NCBI GenBank assembly: GCA_029286945.1
Contig: JAREIX010000028.1
Coordinates: forward strand, 1 to 41,941
DNA length: 41,941 nt
From: Thauera sp.
GTDB lineage: Bacteria > Pseudomonadota > Gammaproteobacteria > Burkholderiales > Rhodocyclaceae
Reading direction: 5' to 3'
The position numbers and the translations under genes were made by a program. Below, in pieces: positions 40,017 through 41,941 of this stretch. The notes beneath the pieces are model-generated. The model was not told the origin of the DNA and searched no databases. It worked only from the letters and a program-made list of their open reading frames with translations. Each line of letters begins with the position of its first letter. Within the stretch, counting starts at the first letter, position 1.

Positions 40017-41242
40017 GCAAGCAATACAACGAACTGATCGTCGGCCTCGACATCGGCACCGCCAAGGTCACCTGCATGGTGGCCGAGGTCAAGCCCGACG
40101 GGCGGCTCAACGTCGTCGGCCTCGGCACGCAGCCCACCAGCGGGCTCAAGCGCGGCGTGGTGGTCAACATCGAGGCCACGGTGGATGCGATCTCGCGCGT
40201 GGTGCAGGAGGTCGAGGTCATGGCCGACTGCAAGATTCACGAGGTCTACACCGGCATCGCCGGCAGTCACATCAAGAGCTTCAACTCCAGCGGCACGGTC
40301 GCGATCAAGGAGAAGGAAGTCTCGCCGATGGACGTCGAGCGTGTGATCGAGGTGGCGCGCGCGATGCCCATCCCGGCCGAGCAGCAGATCCTGCACATCC
40401 TCACCCAGGAATTCATCATCGACGGCCAGGGCGGGGTGCGCGAGCCGATCGGCATGAGCGGGGTGCGCCTCGAGGTGAAGGTGCATATCGTGACCGGCGC
40501 GGTGTCGGCGGCGCAGAACGTGATCAAGTGCGTGCGCCGCTGCGGCCTCGAGGTCATGGACCTGAGCCTGCAGCCGCTCGCCTCCAGCCACGCGGTGCTG
40601 ACCGAGGACGAGAAGGAGCTCGGCGTGTGCATGGTCGACATCGGCGGCGGCACCACCGACATCGCGGTGTTCACCCAGGGCGCCATCCGCCACACCGCGG
40701 TGATCCCGGTCGCCGGCGACCAGATCACCAACGACATCGCGATGGCCCTGCGCACGCCGACCTCAGAGGCCGAGGAGATCAAGATCCGCCACGGTGTGGC
40801 GATGCACCAGATGGCCGATCCGGAAGAGATGATCGAGGTGCCCGGCGTGGGCGACCGTCCGCCGCGCAAGCTGTCGCGCCAGGCGCTGGCCGACGTGATC
40901 GAGCCGCGCGTGTCCGAGCTCTTCGAGCTGGTGCAGGCCGAGCTGCGGCGCAGCGGCTACGAGGAGCTGCTGTCCTCCGGCATCGTGCTCACCGGCGGCT
41001 CGGCGGTGATGCGCGGCATGGCCGAGCTGGCCGAGGACGTGTTCCACATGCCGGCGCGGGTCGGTGCGCCGCAGTACGACGGCGCGCTCGCCGACGTGGT
41101 CTGCCAGCCGCGCTACGCCACCGCGATGGGGCTGGTGATGGAGGGCGCGGTGCAGCGGCGCAGGGGGCTTCAGGCGCGCGAGACGCGCAGCGTGAAGCAG
41201 GTTTTCGGGCGTATGAAGGCGTGGTTCGAACGCAATTTCTGA
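40013..41242 (+). CDS. ftsA: Cell division protein FtsA
   Basis: GLDIGTAKV, VDIGGGTTD, LTGG, C-terminal amphipathic WFERNF. Confidence 0.97.
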   Translation: MSKQYNELIVGLDIGTAKVTCMVAEVKPDGRLNVVGLGTQPTSGLKRGVVVNIEATVDAISRVVQEVEVMADCKIHEVYTGIAGSHIKSFNSSGTVAIKEKEVSPMDVERVIEVARAMPIPAEQQILHILTQEFIIDGQGGVREPIGMSGVRLEVKVHIVTGAVSAAQNVIKCVRRCGLEVMDLSLQPLASSHAVLTEDEKELGVCMVDIGGGTTDIAVFTQGAIRHTAVIPVAGDQITNDIAMALRTPTSEAEEIKIRHGVAMHQMADPEEMIEVPGVGDRPPRKLSRQALADVIEPRVSELFELVQAELRRSGYEELLSSGIVLTGGSAVMRGMAELAEDVFHMPARVGAPQYDGALADVVCQPRYATAMGLVMEGAVQRRRGLQARETRSVKQVFGRMKAWFERNF

Positions 41243-41389
41243 GTGCGCCATCAAGGCGCTATCGATTTGAATGATCGCCGGTTTGTCCTGGCTTATTTAG
41301 TAGTAGACTGCTGTCTTCATACTAAATGCAGGCTGAACGGCGTTCGATTTTGATGTTGGGCAGGGCCGTCAATTCAGGAGGCGAGGCTG

Positions 41390-41941
41390 ATGTTTGAAAT
41401 TGTCGAGAAGGAACCGTCGGGCACCGTGATCAAGGTGGTCGGCGTCGGTGGTGCAGGGGGTAACGCGGTCGACCACATGATCCGCGAGGGCGTGAAGGGG
41501 GTGCATTTCATCTCCGCCAATACCGACGCCCAGGCGCTCAAGCGCTGCCTCGCACCGACCAAGGTGCAGCTGGGCAACACCGGCCTCGGCGCCGGTTCGA
41601 AGCCCGAGGCCGGCCGCGCCGCGGCGCAGGAGTCGCGTGAGGACATCGCCGCCGCGCTCGAGGGCGCGCACATGGTGTTCATCACCGGCGGCATGGGCGG
41701 CGGCACCGGCACCGGCGCGGCGCCGGTGGTGGCCGAGATCGCCAAGGAGATGGGCGTCCTGACCGTGGCCGTGGTCACCAAGCCCTTCGACTTCGAGAAC
41801 CGCATCCGCGTCGCCGAGAGCGGCGTCGAGGAACTCACCCGTCACGTCGACTCGCTGATCGTCGTGCTCAACGACAAGCTGCTCGAGGTCTTCGGCGACG
41901 ACGCCGGCTTCGAGGAGTGCTTCCGCTCGGCCGACAACGTG
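41390..41941 (+). CDS. ftsZ: Cell division protein FtsZ, truncated by the window end
   Basis: Own translation MFEIVEKEPSGTVIKVVGVGGAGGNAV..NTDAQAL..GGMGGGTGTG (tubulin signature); RBS aggagg. Confidence 0.97.
   Translation, partial: MFEIVEKEPSGTVIKVVGVGGAGGNAVDHMIREGVKGVHFISANTDAQALKRCLAPTKVQLGNTGLGAGSKPEAGRAAAQESREDIAAALEGAHMVFITGGMGGGTGTGAAPVVAEIAKEMGVLTVAVVTKPFDFENRIRVAESGVEELTRHVDSLIVVLNDKLLEVFGDDAGFEECFRSADNV

Overview
High-GC (about 70%) betaproteobacterial chromosome segment; gene order and protein sequences resemble Rhodocyclales/Zoogloeaceae (Thauera-like), which is an inference. Left to right: the 3' end of an RND permease; a four-gene operon resembling type III Zorya (DUF3348-like, MotA-like with long helical tail, MotB/OmpA-like, DUF2894-like); pcm (internal deletion plus frameshift), rhodanese, tolC; waaA; a UDP-sugar epimerase; apaH; olsBA-like ornithine-lipid genes behind a tandem Pho box; HIT, adenosine kinase-like, slyB-like; accB-accC-prmA-DUF3426; mpl; the yraN/diaA-like/dolP locus with rsmI; pyrC plus a lipoprotein; RNase P RNA; and the dcw cluster from mraZ to a truncated ftsZ. 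The most unusual items are the oversized RNase P RNA (about 536 nt, with a multi-hairpin P12 expansion and a 46-nt two-hairpin insertion inside P13), the Zorya-III-like operon with no recognisable nuclease and no mobile context, a GmhA/DiaA homologue lacking its catalytic residues, and divergent yraN/rsmI start codons sharing one CATG. No transposase, integrase, tRNA, rRNA or CRISPR array was seen. Family names come from motif recognition and recall; no database searches were run.
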